Shown here: positions 8,892-18,461 of the stretch, piece by piece
Position numbering within the stretch: the stretch's first letter is position 1
Layout of the letters: the number at the start of each line of letters is the position of its first letter
Source: Desulfotalea psychrophila LSv54
GTDB lineage: Bacteria; Desulfobacterota; Desulfobulbia; Desulfobulbales; Desulfocapsaceae
Reading direction: 5' to 3'
Length of the DNA: 32,000 bases
Assembly (NCBI RefSeq): GCF_000025945.1
Contig: NC_006138.1
Coordinates: forward strand, 3,150,001-3,182,000
Made by a program: the position numbers and the translations under genes
The notes under the pieces: model-generated
Told to the model about the DNA's origin: nothing
The model's input: the letters and a program-made list of their open reading frames with translations, nothing else
The model's database searches: none

Positions 8892-10250
8892 ATGTTTGAA
8901 AATTTAACGGACAGGCTAGAGGGCGTATTTAAAAAACTTCGTGGCCATGGTAAACTGACTGAAGACAATATTCAGGATGCCATGCGTGAGGTGCGTATTG
9001 CTCTACTTGATGCCGATGTAAGCTTTAAAGTTGCTAAGCAATTTGTTGCTTCTGTGACGGAAAAGGCCATCGGACGTGAAGTTGGCAAAAGTTTATCGCC
9101 CGGACAGCAAATAATCAAAATAGTTCATGAAGAACTTGTCAGTCTCCTTGGTGGAGATACAGCTCAAATAGAGCTTGATGGCCGTCAACCTGTTGTCATT
9201 ATGATGGCAGGCCTGCAGGGCTCTGGTAAAACAACCACCTCGGGTAAACTGGCAAAAATGCTCAAAGACAAGGGACGCAGACCTTATCTTGTCCCCGCCG
9301 ATGTCTATCGACCTGCGGCAATTGAGCAGCTTCAGGTGCTTGGCGACAGACTAGATGTGCCGGTGCACCCATCAACAACAGCGACAAAGCCTGTTGATAT
9401 TTGTACCCAGGCAATTGCCGAGGCGAAGATAAAAAATTATGATACCGTCATAATTGATACCGCCGGTCGATTGCATGTGGATAATGTCCTAATGGGCGAA
9501 CTCCAAGAGATTCAAGCAGCAGTACAGCTTTCCGAGATCCTCTTCGTTGCCGACGCAATGACAGGACAGGACGCGGTAACTGTTGCCGATAAATTTAACA
9601 CAGACTTAGAAATTTCTGGTATTATCCTTACCAAGATGGAAGGTGATGCAAGAGGCGGTGCAGCCCTGTCTATTAAGACAGTTACTGGCAAGCCAATTAA
9701 GTTTGTAGGTGTTGGCGAGGCTCTTGATGCCCTTGAAGTATTCCATCCTGAACGGGTTGCCTCTCGTATTTTAGGTATGGGTGATGTCCTTACCCTTATC
9801 GAAAAAGCAGAGGCCGTTGTAGATAAAGACCAGGCCAATAAGCTTGCGCACAAATTACAAACCAATCAGTTTACGCTGGAAGATTTTCTTGACCAAATTC
9901 AACAAATCAAGAAAATGGGTTCTCTTGACCAAATTTTAAGTATGGTTCCAGGCATTAATAAGCTCAAGAAAATTAAAGATGCCCCACAACCAAATGAGAA
10001 AGAGCTCGGCAAAACAGAAGCTATTATTCGTTCCATGACACTCAAGGAACGGAGAAACCACAAGCTCATCAATACCAGTAGACGTCAGCGTATTGCAGAC
10101 GGCTCTGGAACAAGTATAACTGATGTAAACAGAGTGTTGAAAAGTTATTCAGAAATGCTGAAGATGATGAAAAAAATGCGTGGAAAGCCAGGACTTATTA
10201 CAGGCGAAAAACGCAGGAAGTTACCAAAAGGTATGAAAAAGAGAAGATAA
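8892..10250 (+). CDS. ffh: Signal recognition particle protein Ffh
   Basis: Canonical MFENLTDRL start at ATG 8892. The tracked ORF start at 8808 adds a non-homologous extension. GTPase motifs GLQGSGKTTT, DTAGR and TKMEGDARGG. Met-rich M domain and a basic tail. Confidence 0.96.
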   Translation: MFENLTDRLEGVFKKLRGHGKLTEDNIQDAMREVRIALLDADVSFKVAKQFVASVTEKAIGREVGKSLSPGQQIIKIVHEELVSLLGGDTAQIELDGRQPVVIMMAGLQGSGKTTTSGKLAKMLKDKGRRPYLVPADVYRPAAIEQLQVLGDRLDVPVHPSTTATKPVDICTQAIAEAKIKNYDTVIIDTAGRLHVDNVLMGELQEIQAAVQLSEILFVADAMTGQDAVTVADKFNTDLEISGIILTKMEGDARGGAALSIKTVTGKPIKFVGVGEALDALEVFHPERVASRILGMGDVLTLIEKAEAVVDKDQANKLAHKLQTNQFTLEDFLDQIQQIKKMGSLDQILSMVPGINKLKKIKDAPQPNEKELGKTEAIIRSMTLKERRNHKLINTSRRQRIADGSGTSITDVNRVLKSYSEMLKMMKKMRGKPGLITGEKRRKLPKGMKKRR

Positions 10251-10268
10251 CTTTGTCTCACGACAAAG
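10251..10268 (+). other. Short stem-loop immediately after the ffh stop codon
   Basis: CTTTGTC (10251-10257), TCAC loop, GACAAAG (10262-10268), followed by an A/T-rich tract. This could be a weak terminator or an RNA-processing or stability element between ffh and rpsP. Confidence 0.3.
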
Positions 10269-10333
10269 ATATTATTTATGATCTGTGATGTGCCGAATAT
10301 GGCGCGGGAACAATAACCGGAGGAGTTACCGGA

Positions 10334-10579
10334 ATGGCAGTACGTATTAGACTAACCAGACTTGGAAGAAAGAAGATGCCTTTTTATCGTCTTGTTGTAG
10401 CTGACAGTGAGGCTAAACGCGATGGTAAATTTCTTGATATCGTAGGAACATATGATCCTATGCAAGATCCAGCAGTTATCACCATCAACGATGAGAAGTT
10501 GCAAGATTGGGTAGGACGTGGTGCTTTGCCTACTACCACAGTCAAGAGTCTCTTGAAAAAAGCTGCTGCAAACAAGTAA
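10334..10579 (+). CDS. rpsP: 30S ribosomal protein S16
   Basis: 81 aa with an MAVRIRLTRLGRKKMPFYRLVVADS N-terminus. GGAGG SD upstream. Confidence 0.96.
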   Translation: MAVRIRLTRLGRKKMPFYRLVVADSEAKRDGKFLDIVGTYDPMQDPAVITINDEKLQDWVGRGALPTTTVKSLLKKAAANK

Positions 10580-10582
10580 GAT

Positions 10583-10813
10583 ATGCAGGAACTAATAGCA
10601 CATATAGCCAAATCACTTGTTGATCATCCTGAAGAGGTGAAGGTATCTAAATCTGTTACAGATGATACCATCACCTTGGAGCTCGCGGTAGCACCCGACG
10701 ATCTCGGTAAGGGTATTGGCAAACAAGGAAGAACTGCACGAGCTATGCGTTCCATTCTTTCAGCAACAGCTGCTAAAGAAGACATGCGTTCTCGGCTTGA
10801 TATCGTCGAATAA
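10583..10813 (+). CDS. KH-domain RNA-binding protein (UPF0109/YlqC family)
   Basis: 76 aa with a GKGIGKQGRTARAMRSIL KH GxxG motif. Conserved position between rpsP and rimM. Confidence 0.85.
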   Translation: MQELIAHIAKSLVDHPEEVKVSKSVTDDTITLELAVAPDDLGKGIGKQGRTARAMRSILSATAAKEDMRSRLDIVE

Positions 10814-10818
10814 ATATT

Positions 10819-11364
10819 ATGAGTTCTGAATATAATTTCCCAGAGGACAAATTTGTTCTCATCGGTAAGATAGTAAAAGCTCATGGTATGCGAGGTGAAG
10901 TAAAGGTTTTTCTTTACTCTGGCCATCCAGAAAGGCTTTCTGATTATCAACAGGTATTCCTTGTTGATGAAAAAGGTGTCTTGTCACCTTCGCTTCAGGT
11001 AAATAAGAGTCGCCCCCAGGGCAAAATGGCTATTACCTTATTTGAAACAATATTTGATCGAAATCGAGCTGAACATGTTGAGGGAAGGGGGGTTCTCGTA
11101 GCAAGAGATTCCCTTCCTGAAATTGATGCAAGTGAATATTACTGGCACCAGCTTATCGGCAAAGAGGTTGTTGGTTTGGATGGAAATAGTTTTGGCAAGG
11201 TTCGCGAAATGTTTTCCAATGGAGCCCAAGATATCATGGTGGTTTCAGCTCCAAATGGTGATGAAATTCTTATACCGATAATAGCAGACATTGTTGTTGA
11301 AACAGGTGAAGAATATATTGTCATTGACCCTCCTGAGGGCCTCATTAATATGAACGAAACATAA
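10819..11364 (+). CDS. rimM: 16S rRNA processing protein RimM
   Basis: 181 aa with [17 protein letters not shown]-terminal and PRC-barrel C-terminal ([12 protein letters not shown]...IDPPEGL) signatures. Conserved rpsP-rimM-trmD synteny. Confidence 0.9.
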
Positions 11365-11368
11365 CAGT

Positions 11369-12124
11369 ATGTTATTTAACATATTGACTATCTTCCCCAA
11401 TCTCCTCTCTTCTCCCCTTGAAGAGGGCATTTTGAAAAGAGCACAAAATTCGGGAAGTATAGACGTTAACATTGTTGATATTAGGCAATATGCCTCTGAT
11501 AAACATTCCACCACGGATGCTCGCCCCTATGGCGGTGGTGAGGGAATGGTTATGAAGGCAGAGCCACTCAGCCTTGCTGTCCAAGATATCAAAAAGAAAG
11601 ATGCAGGCAGAGTAATTTTCCTCACTCCTCAGGGTAGAAAGTATACACAGAGAGTTGCCGAAGAACTTGCTCAAGAATCAAGTATTACTCTAGTCTGTGG
11701 CCGTTATGAGGGTGTTGACGAGCGTTTTTGTGAAAAATATATTGATGATGAAATATCCCTTGGAGATTTCATCTTAACTGGTGGAGAACTTGCCGCCTTA
11801 ATGGTAGTCGATTCAGTTAGTCGCATATTACCAGGAGTGCTTGGTTGTGATGCAAGTGTCACAAATGACACTTTTAGCCGTCACCTCCTCAAGCATCCTC
11901 AATATACTCGCCCTCGCATTTTTGAGGGGCTTGAAGTTCCGGACGTACTTTTATCCGGTGATCATCAGGCAATAGAAGACTATCGATTTATTGCTTCTGT
12001 TGAACGAACTTTTCATAAAAGACCTGGTCTGCTAAAAAAAGAGATCTTCAACAAAAGAGAGAAAAAATTGCTCAAGCAACATAATTTGTACTCCAAAATA
12101 GTTGCCTTGCAAGATATTGACTGA
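11369..12124 (+). CDS. trmD: tRNA (guanine37-N1)-methyltransferase TrmD
   Basis: 251 aa. Family motifs [40 protein letters not shown] and YTRP. Confidence 0.95.
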
Positions 12125-12125
12125 T

Positions 12126-12698
12126 ATGGTTACTTTAGGCGCAAAAAATGTTTCAATTGCTCTGGTTCACCACCCAGTTGTAAATAAAGTTGGAGAAATA
12201 ATCGGTTCTGCCGTGACAAATCTGGATCTTCATGATATAGCCAGAGTTGCGCGGACGTATGGTGTGGGCCAATATTATTTAACCACCCCCTACGAGGATC
12301 AACAAAAACTCATTGGTGAAATCATTGCTCACTGGCAAACAGGACATGGGGGAACCTATAATCCTGCTCGCAAAGAGGCCCTGAGCATTGTTTCAATGGC
12401 TGGATCAATTGATGCTGTAATTGAAACAATAGAGCAGCAACATGGGCGTAAACCCACTGTTATTGCTACCAGTGCAAAGGTAAGTGAAAATACACTTGCC
12501 TATGATAAAGTTCGGGAGAAATTAGGCCTTAACGAGCCCATACTTCTCCTATTTGGCACGGCTCATGGCCTCGCTCCTGAAGTGATGAATCGTGTTGATT
12601 TTGTTCTGCCACCTATTGACGGTGGAACAGATTATAATCACCTTCCTGTACGAGCTGCCGTTGCTATAATCATGGACAGATTGCTTGGCTGGGAATAG
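12126..12698 (+). CDS. Predicted SAM-dependent RNA methyltransferase, SPOUT-like (DUF2168/Methyltrn_RNA_4-type), function unknown
   Basis: About 190 aa from ATG 12126. The tracked TTG 12102 lies inside the trmD tail. ALVHHPV...NLDLHDIAR...LLFGTAHGL...[13 protein letters not shown] resembles the uncharacterised RNA-methylase family often found between trmD and rplS. The family assignment is from memory. Confidence 0.55.
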   Translation: MVTLGAKNVSIALVHHPVVNKVGEIIGSAVTNLDLHDIARVARTYGVGQYYLTTPYEDQQKLIGEIIAHWQTGHGGTYNPARKEALSIVSMAGSIDAVIETIEQQHGRKPTVIATSAKVSENTLAYDKVREKLGLNEPILLLFGTAHGLAPEVMNRVDFVLPPIDGGTDYNHLPVRAAVAIIMDRLLGWE

Positions 12699-12757
12699 TC
12701 GTTAACAAACCAAGTAACTGGTATTTACCAAAAAATATAACCACTATAAAAAACGCT

Positions 12758-13111
12758 ATGAGCATAATAATAGACAGAATTAATCAAGAGCAGATGCGTC
12801 AAGATCACCCAGATTTTCGTCCAGGTGACACCGTAGCAGTACATATTCGCATCATTGAGGGAAGTAAAGAAAGGGTTCAGCTTTTTCAAGGCGTTGTAAT
12901 CAAACGTCAAAAAGGCACCATGGATGCTTCTTACACCGTACGTAAAATCTCCCACGGTGTTGGCGTTGAGAAGACCTTCGCACTGCACAATCCACGTATC
13001 GAGAAGATCGAGGTTATCACCCGTGGTCGTGTACGTCGTTCACGTCTCTACTATCTCCGTGATCTTCGCGGTAAGGCTGCACGTATTCGTGAGCGCAGTC
13101 TCAGACGTTAA
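12758..13111 (+). CDS. rplS: 50S ribosomal protein L19
   Basis: 117 aa with [18 protein letters not shown] and YYLRDL motifs. Confidence 0.96.
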   Translation: MSIIIDRINQEQMRQDHPDFRPGDTVAVHIRIIEGSKERVQLFQGVVIKRQKGTMDASYTVRKISHGVGVEKTFALHNPRIEKIEVITRGRVRRSRLYYLRDLRGKAARIRERSLRR

Positions 13112-13124
13112 GAATAGCATTATT

Positions 13125-13163
13125 CAAAACAGTGTTTTTCTCTTTGAGGAGAGCACTGTTTTG
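13125..13163 (+). terminator. Long stem-loop after rplS (possible terminator or attenuator)
   Basis: CAAAACAGTG (13125-13134) pairs with CACTGTTTTG (13154-13163). The intervening bases can extend the stem to about 18 bp including G-U pairs, with a 3-nt loop. The T-run is not adjacent and begins about 14 nt downstream. Confidence 0.45.
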
Positions 13164-13210
13164 AACTCTTCATATTTTTTCCCAGCCAGGTGGATCCTCC
13201 ATCCTGTTTT

Positions 13211-13233
13211 GCACTTACAGGTGCTTTTTTTTT
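13211..13233 (+). terminator. Short hairpin plus T9 run upstream of rnhB
   Basis: GCACT/GGTGC stem (13211-13224) followed directly by TTTTTTTTT (13225-13233). Confidence 0.5.
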
Positions 13234-13252
13234 GCATTGCAAGTGAGTCTTT

Positions 13253-13930
13253 ATGAAAGACATCATCCCTCTTTTATCCCAGCTCCCGCAGGACAATTTT
13301 TTTCTTGAACGATCTCTTCATAATCTTGGCTATGATATCATAGCTGGCACCGATGAAGTGGGTCGAGGCCCCCTTGCTGGACCTGTCATTGCCGCGGCTG
13401 TGATTTTGCCGGCAGACTGCGACCATCATCTGTTTCAGGATTCAAAAATTCTCAGCCACAAAAAACGAGTTCATCTCTTTCAACTACTCACGGAAATAGA
13501 TGCCTTCATTGGTATCGGCACCGTATCTGAAAAAATTATTGATGAGATAAACATCCTTCAGGCATCTCTCTTAGCCATGAAACTGGCCATCGAGGACCTT
13601 GCGTCCAACTGTTCACGGCCGAGCTTTCTTCTTGTTGACGGCAAGTTTAAAGTGCCCATTGATCTCGCTCAAGTTGCTCTGATCAAAGGAGAATCCAAGA
13701 GTGCCTCCATCGCCGCCGCAAGTATTGTGGCCAAGGTGACCCGGGACAGATACATGCAAGATCTGCATAGCCAATATCCCCAATATGGTTTTAATACCAA
13801 TAGTGGCTATCCCACCAAAAAACACCGTGAGGCAATCGGGGAATTTGGCATCACCTGTTATCATCGCAGATCTTTTAAGGGAGTAAAAGAGTATGTCGAT
13901 ATTTCGCAAGAAAAAGGGGGCAGAGGGTGA
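13253..13930 (+). CDS. rnhB: Ribonuclease HII
   Basis: 225 aa with the [14 protein letters not shown] catalytic motif, DSK, and ASIVAK...R. Conserved rplS-rnhB-yraN order. Confidence 0.92.
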
Positions 13931-14279
13931 GTACCTCGCCTGCCGCTTCCTAAAAAAACAGGGTTATGTCATTCTGCAAAAAAACTACAGGAAAAAATAT
14001 GGGGAAATTGATATTATTGCCCAAGAAGGTGGAGATCTTGTCTTTGTTGAGGTGAAAACAAGATCAAACAGTGATTGGGGAAGTCCTGTTGCCGCTGTTA
14101 CCAAACAAAAACAACGGAAAATCATCAGAGTTGCTCAAACATATCTTGCCGAAACAGAATTATTTGATGAGGCAATCCGTTTTGATGTCATCGGAATTAT
14201 TTTAGATGAAAACTCTCCACCAATATTTGAACTTATCCATAATGCCTTTGAGCTAGAAAAATTCAATGGCATCTTCTGA
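13893..14279 (+). CDS. yraN: YraN family (UPF0102) endonuclease-like protein
   Basis: 128 aa with [14 protein letters not shown]...GEIDIIAQE...VFVEVKTR, typical of UPF0102. Overlaps the rnhB 3' end by 38 nt. Confidence 0.85.
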
Positions 14280-14306
14280 TAAATCACCTGCAAACAGGTA
14301 ACCAAT

Positions 14307-15305
14307 ATGCAAAACCAAGCTCCCCTGCCCCTCGCCATTACAATGGGTTGCCCCTCTAGTATCGGCCCTGAGATAATCTTAAAAAATTTCCTTCACAAAA
14401 CAGAACAACGGGCAAATATTGTCCTTGGCGATATAGGTATTCTGAAAAAGGCAGCTCAGGAATTAGGCCTCAATGTCCCCATCACTGCCTGGCAACCAGG
14501 AGAACAGATAGAGCAACAGTCCCTTCTCGTTATGCCTCTCTCCAATATTAAAAAGCATATATGGGGAGCACCCGACCACGCCTCCGGAACGGCAATGGCC
14601 TCCTATATTACCAAGGCTGTAGAGATGACCCAGGCAGGAATATTCTCAGGCATCGTTACCTGCCCTATATCCAAGGCATCTCTGAATCAGGCAGGCTTCC
14701 ATTTTCCCGGCCATACAGAAATGCTCGCCTCCTTGACCAGCACAGAGAAAGTTGGCATGATGATGGCAGGCGACCGACTCCGAGTTACCCTTGTTACCCT
14801 TCACTGTCCACTTGCGACAGTGGCCGCCCAGTTGAGCGTGCCCAGGGTGCTGGAGATGATCAGGATAACCCATACCAGTCTTCAGGATGATCTGGGTTTT
14901 AAAATGCCTCGGATTGGCGTGGCAGCACTCAATCCCCACGCCGGTGAGGGCGGACTTTTCGGCAATGAAGAGGCAACAACCCTCATGCCTGCCATAGAAC
15001 AGGCCAGAGCAGAGGGAATAAAGGTAAGTGAGCCTTTACCCCCAGACACCGTTTTTGTTAAGGCCATTGCCGGAGAATTTGATGCCGTGGTCTGTATGTA
15101 CCACGATCAAGGACTCATTCCCTTCAAGCTCATCCACTTTGAAGATGGTGTAAACGTTACCTTGGGTCTCCCCATCGTTCGCACCTCTGTGGACCATGGC
15201 ACTGCCTATGACATTGCAGGAAGGGGTATTGCCAGCCACAGTAGCCTAGCCGCAGCAATTGAACTTGCAGAACAGATCACCATCCATAGACAACAAAATT
15301 TATAG
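14307..15305 (+). CDS. pdxA: 4-hydroxythreonine-4-phosphate dehydrogenase (PdxA family)
   Basis: 332 aa. Motifs GHTEML, LNPHAGEGG, MYHDQGL and TSVDHGTA. Confidence 0.88.
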   Translation: MQNQAPLPLAITMGCPSSIGPEIILKNFLHKTEQRANIVLGDIGILKKAAQELGLNVPITAWQPGEQIEQQSLLVMPLSNIKKHIWGAPDHASGTAMASYITKAVEMTQAGIFSGIVTCPISKASLNQAGFHFPGHTEMLASLTSTEKVGMMMAGDRLRVTLVTLHCPLATVAAQLSVPRVLEMIRITHTSLQDDLGFKMPRIGVAALNPHAGEGGLFGNEEATTLMPAIEQARAEGIKVSEPLPPDTVFVKAIAGEFDAVVCMYHDQGLIPFKLIHFEDGVNVTLGLPIVRTSVDHGTAYDIAGRGIASHSSLAAAIELAEQITIHRQQNL

Positions 15306-15320
15306 GTTTTACGGTATAAA

Positions 15321-15929
15321 ATGAGTAACAATCCTGGAAAATTAATTATCTTTGAGGGCACAGACGGCGCTGGGAAATCTACCCAGATAAAGATGCTTGC
15401 CAACTACCTTCGTAGTAAAGGTCTTGATGTTATAGCCAGCTTCGAACCAACAAATGGGCCCTATGGGCAAAAAATACGACAGCTCTATACAGACCGGAAC
15501 AAGGTCACCAGAAACGAAGAGCTGGAGCTTTTTTTAGCCGACCGCCGAGAACACGTCAATAAACTTATCAACCCCGCAATCAGTGCTGGAAAAATAGTTC
15601 TCTGTGACAGATACTATCTCTCCACCGCGGCCTATCAGGGCGCACTAGGTTTTGATGTTGAAGAGATACTTCAGCGTAACAGCTTTGCCCCCACCCCTGA
15701 TCTGGCCCTTCTTCTGCAAATTCCCGTAGAGGATGGCAGAAGGCGTATTACCAGTTCACGAGGGGAAGAAACTAATGATTTCGAAAAGGCGGAGATGCTT
15801 GAAAAGGTATCTACTATTTTCAATTCTCTCTCCTTTCCCTATATACGCCACATTAACGCCTGCCAATCCATAGATAATGTCCAAAGAGATATCATAATGC
15901 AGGTCAAACAATTATTAAAAATGGCATAA
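15321..15929 (+). CDS. tmk: Thymidylate kinase
   Basis: 202 aa. P-loop FEGTDGAGKST, DRY motif (CDRYYLST), and a lid region. Confidence 0.92.
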   Translation: MSNNPGKLIIFEGTDGAGKSTQIKMLANYLRSKGLDVIASFEPTNGPYGQKIRQLYTDRNKVTRNEELELFLADRREHVNKLINPAISAGKIVLCDRYYLSTAAYQGALGFDVEEILQRNSFAPTPDLALLLQIPVEDGRRRITSSRGEETNDFEKAEMLEKVSTIFNSLSFPYIRHINACQSIDNVQRDIIMQVKQLLKMA

Positions 15930-15933
15930 CTCT

Positions 15934-17652
15934 ATGGGTAAACGGTCTCTTCTTATCATCTGCGCCCTGCCCCTACTGATCTCCTGTAGCGCAATAACTA
16001 CGGAAAGGTCAACGACACCAGCCAGTATCCAAGAGGAGAATGGGCAGATTTGCGCCTATTCCTCCTTTTTGAAGGCACACACAGAAGAGCTGAACTCTAA
16101 TTACGAAAATGCCCTCCAGTACTACCAAGAGGCCCTGATCTGTGATCCAGGATCAATCTACATACAAAACAAACTGCCTCTAATGATGATCAAGATGGGA
16201 GCTTTTGAAGAGGCAAGAATCTGGATAGAAAACAATATGACTACCCAGCAGGACAAAATTTTTCTCTCTCTCCTCTTGGCCAGACTCTATAGCGAAACAG
16301 GAAATCCGGAACGGGCAACAGATATATATAATCACCTTCTCAAAGAAAAAGAGACTACAAATATACTTCTTCGCCTCGCCCTTCTCTATCACAACCTTGG
16401 CCAATATCGACAGGCCGAGGCTGTCTACTATAGAATTCTCCATACCAACAATGACTCCTATCTTGCCCATCTCTATCTTGCCCAAAATCTCTTCGCCGAC
16501 AATCAACTACAAAAGGCAGCAACCCATTATGAAAAGGCTCTTAAACTGGAGTGGTCAATACCTCTGGCCTATGAGGTGGGCAATTTTTACACTGAGTTAA
16601 GCGACTATGAACAGAGCCTGGCCCTCTATAATAAAATTTTGCTGACAGACCAGAGCGAAGAGCTTGCCTTTTCCCTGAAATTACTCTCTCTATTGCAAAT
16701 AAAAAAAACAGAGCAAGCCCTCAAAGAACTCAATAATAGACGGAGCTATAGCGAAAACCCGGAGTATCTTGATTTGCTGGTCAGCCAGACCCTACTGGCC
16801 AAAGGACAGACAGTTCAGGCAGAAAAATTGCTTGAAGAGATGATTCCCCGCTACTCCTCAGGTAAGGCCGCACTGACCCTCTCTATCCTTGCCTACGAAA
16901 AACAACAGTATAATAAAGCATTGCAATGGCTTCGCTATATAAAAAATAACGATACAAGCTATGAACAGTCTATCCATCTACGTTTGCAAATCTTGTTCCA
17001 AATAAACCAATTTTCTCAGGCTATAAAAATCATAAACGCTCAAATAAAAGCAGAGAACACTCCTTATTGGTACAAGTTACTAGCAGCCACCTACAGCCAA
17101 AGTAAAAATGAGAAAATGGCAGAACAGACATATCGTCATGGCTTAAAGGAGTTCCCCGTTGATCCGGATATTTCGTATGCCTATGCCCTCTTTCTCGATA
17201 AAAAGGAACGCTTTTCTGAAGCGGTTGACCTCATGCTAGAGGTCCTGAAAAAAAACAGTGCAAATGTGCAGGCCCTTAATTTTATTGGTTACACCTGGGC
17301 AAATAACGAAATAAACCTCCCCCAAGCAAAAATATACCTACAAAAGGCTGCCAGATTACTGCCCGAGAATGGCTTTATCCACGATAGTCTGGGCTGGTGC
17401 TATTATAAATTAGGCGAATGGGACATGGCCCTGACCGAACTGCAAAAAGCCCACAAAATAGAACCTCAGGATCCCTTTATTGCCGAGCATCTGGGCGATA
17501 CCTATCTCCGCTTGCAGGATTACGAAAATGCGATAATAATATACAGATCTGCGCTCAAACTCTATAAAGAGAGAGACATCCGCCAAAAAGAAATCTTCCT
17601 CAAAGAAAAAATAGGGCACATCCTCAGCCAAGCTCAAGAAAACAGACCATGA
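15934..17652 (+). CDS. Tetratricopeptide-repeat lipoprotein
   Basis: 572 aa. Signal peptide with lipobox LLISC. Many TPR-like 34-aa repeats (recurring A..Y..AL...P patterns). ATGA overlap with the next gene. Confidence 0.75.
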   Translation: MGKRSLLIICALPLLISCSAITTERSTTPASIQEENGQICAYSSFLKAHTEELNSNYENALQYYQEALICDPGSIYIQNKLPLMMIKMGAFEEARIWIENNMTTQQDKIFLSLLLARLYSETGNPERATDIYNHLLKEKETTNILLRLALLYHNLGQYRQAEAVYYRILHTNNDSYLAHLYLAQNLFADNQLQKAATHYEKALKLEWSIPLAYEVGNFYTELSDYEQSLALYNKILLTDQSEELAFSLKLLSLLQIKKTEQALKELNNRRSYSENPEYLDLLVSQTLLAKGQTVQAEKLLEEMIPRYSSGKAALTLSILAYEKQQYNKALQWLRYIKNNDTSYEQSIHLRLQILFQINQFSQAIKIINAQIKAENTPYWYKLLAATYSQSKNEKMAEQTYRHGLKEFPVDPDISYAYALFLDKKERFSEAVDLMLEVLKKNSANVQALNFIGYTWANNEINLPQAKIYLQKAARLLPENGFIHDSLGWCYYKLGEWDMALTELQKAHKIEPQDPFIAEHLGDTYLRLQDYENAIIIYRSALKLYKERDIRQKEIFLKEKIGHILSQAQENRP

Positions 17653-18461
17653 TATTCTTCCCACGCCTGCCAAAGTCATCGATCCTCTTTTGCCTGTTAC
17701 TCCCCCTACTCCTAAGCTCCTGTAGTAGTGTCCCCTGGCAGAGCAAGACCTTAATCCTTAAACTAGACCCAGCCTATGAGGAGTACCAGAGACAATTTGC
17801 TGATATACAACGGGCACAGAGGGCAATAAATCCAAGCTTTGATGCCGAGGCCCGTATTGAAATCACCAGTAGCCTTAAAAACAAAAAATTCGCAGGCTAT
17901 CTGGCCATTCTCTCACCATCTTATATAAAATTTGTTCTTTCAAGTCCCCTGGGCCAGCCTCTTGTGGTTGCAACAGGTGACGGGCAAAACTGGCAAACAA
18001 TCAACACCCAAAGCAAGAGCTATCAACGAGATAAAATAAGCCAATTTCTAAGGGATCAAGATCTGCCGAAGGAGATAGCCCAAATTGGCCTAGCCAATAT
18101 TCTCTCCGCTCAAATAGGCAGAGGCTTTAATCCTCCATGGGCTCTTAAAGATGATAAGAAGAATCGCGGCATATGGTACGCACCTCTAAGTGGGACAACA
18201 GCTGAACACATTCTCGTTGATTATCGCGGCAGAAAAATTATTGGCAGGACAATAGGATCCACAGAGAAACAACAAATTGTGATTCTCTATGATGACTGGA
18301 CAGTCATTGACGGTTATGAAATCCCTAGCCTTATAACCATCTCAGGACTCTCCTATGGAGCTGAAATAAAAATCATATTAACAGAGATCATTGCTCAACC
18401 ACGATTGCAGAAAACAAGCTTTCAAATAGTCCCCCCACCGGGCTTTCGCCAAAGCTCCTGA
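17649..18461 (+). CDS. Lipoprotein, LolB/LolA-fold-like (tentative)
   Basis: 270 aa. Signal peptide with lipobox LLSSC. The size and its position after a TPR lipoprotein match the LolB-like gene seen in related delta-type genomes. The functional call is an inference. Confidence 0.5.
   Translation: MIFFPRLPKSSILFCLLLPLLLSSCSSVPWQSKTLILKLDPAYEEYQRQFADIQRAQRAINPSFDAEARIEITSSLKNKKFAGYLAILSPSYIKFVLSSPLGQPLVVATGDGQNWQTINTQSKSYQRDKISQFLRDQDLPKEIAQIGLANILSAQIGRGFNPPWALKDDKKNRGIWYAPLSGTTAEHILVDYRGRKIIGRTIGSTEKQQIVILYDDWTVIDGYEIPSLITISGLSYGAEIKIILTEIIAQPRLQKTSFQIVPPPGFRQSS

Noticed and set aside
18422-18461. The 40-nt convergent CDS overlap as evidence of a special antisense regulatory device
   Set aside because: Either C-terminal tail could be non-essential read-on to the next stop codon. 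Short convergent overlaps are common in compact genomes. By itself it supports nothing.
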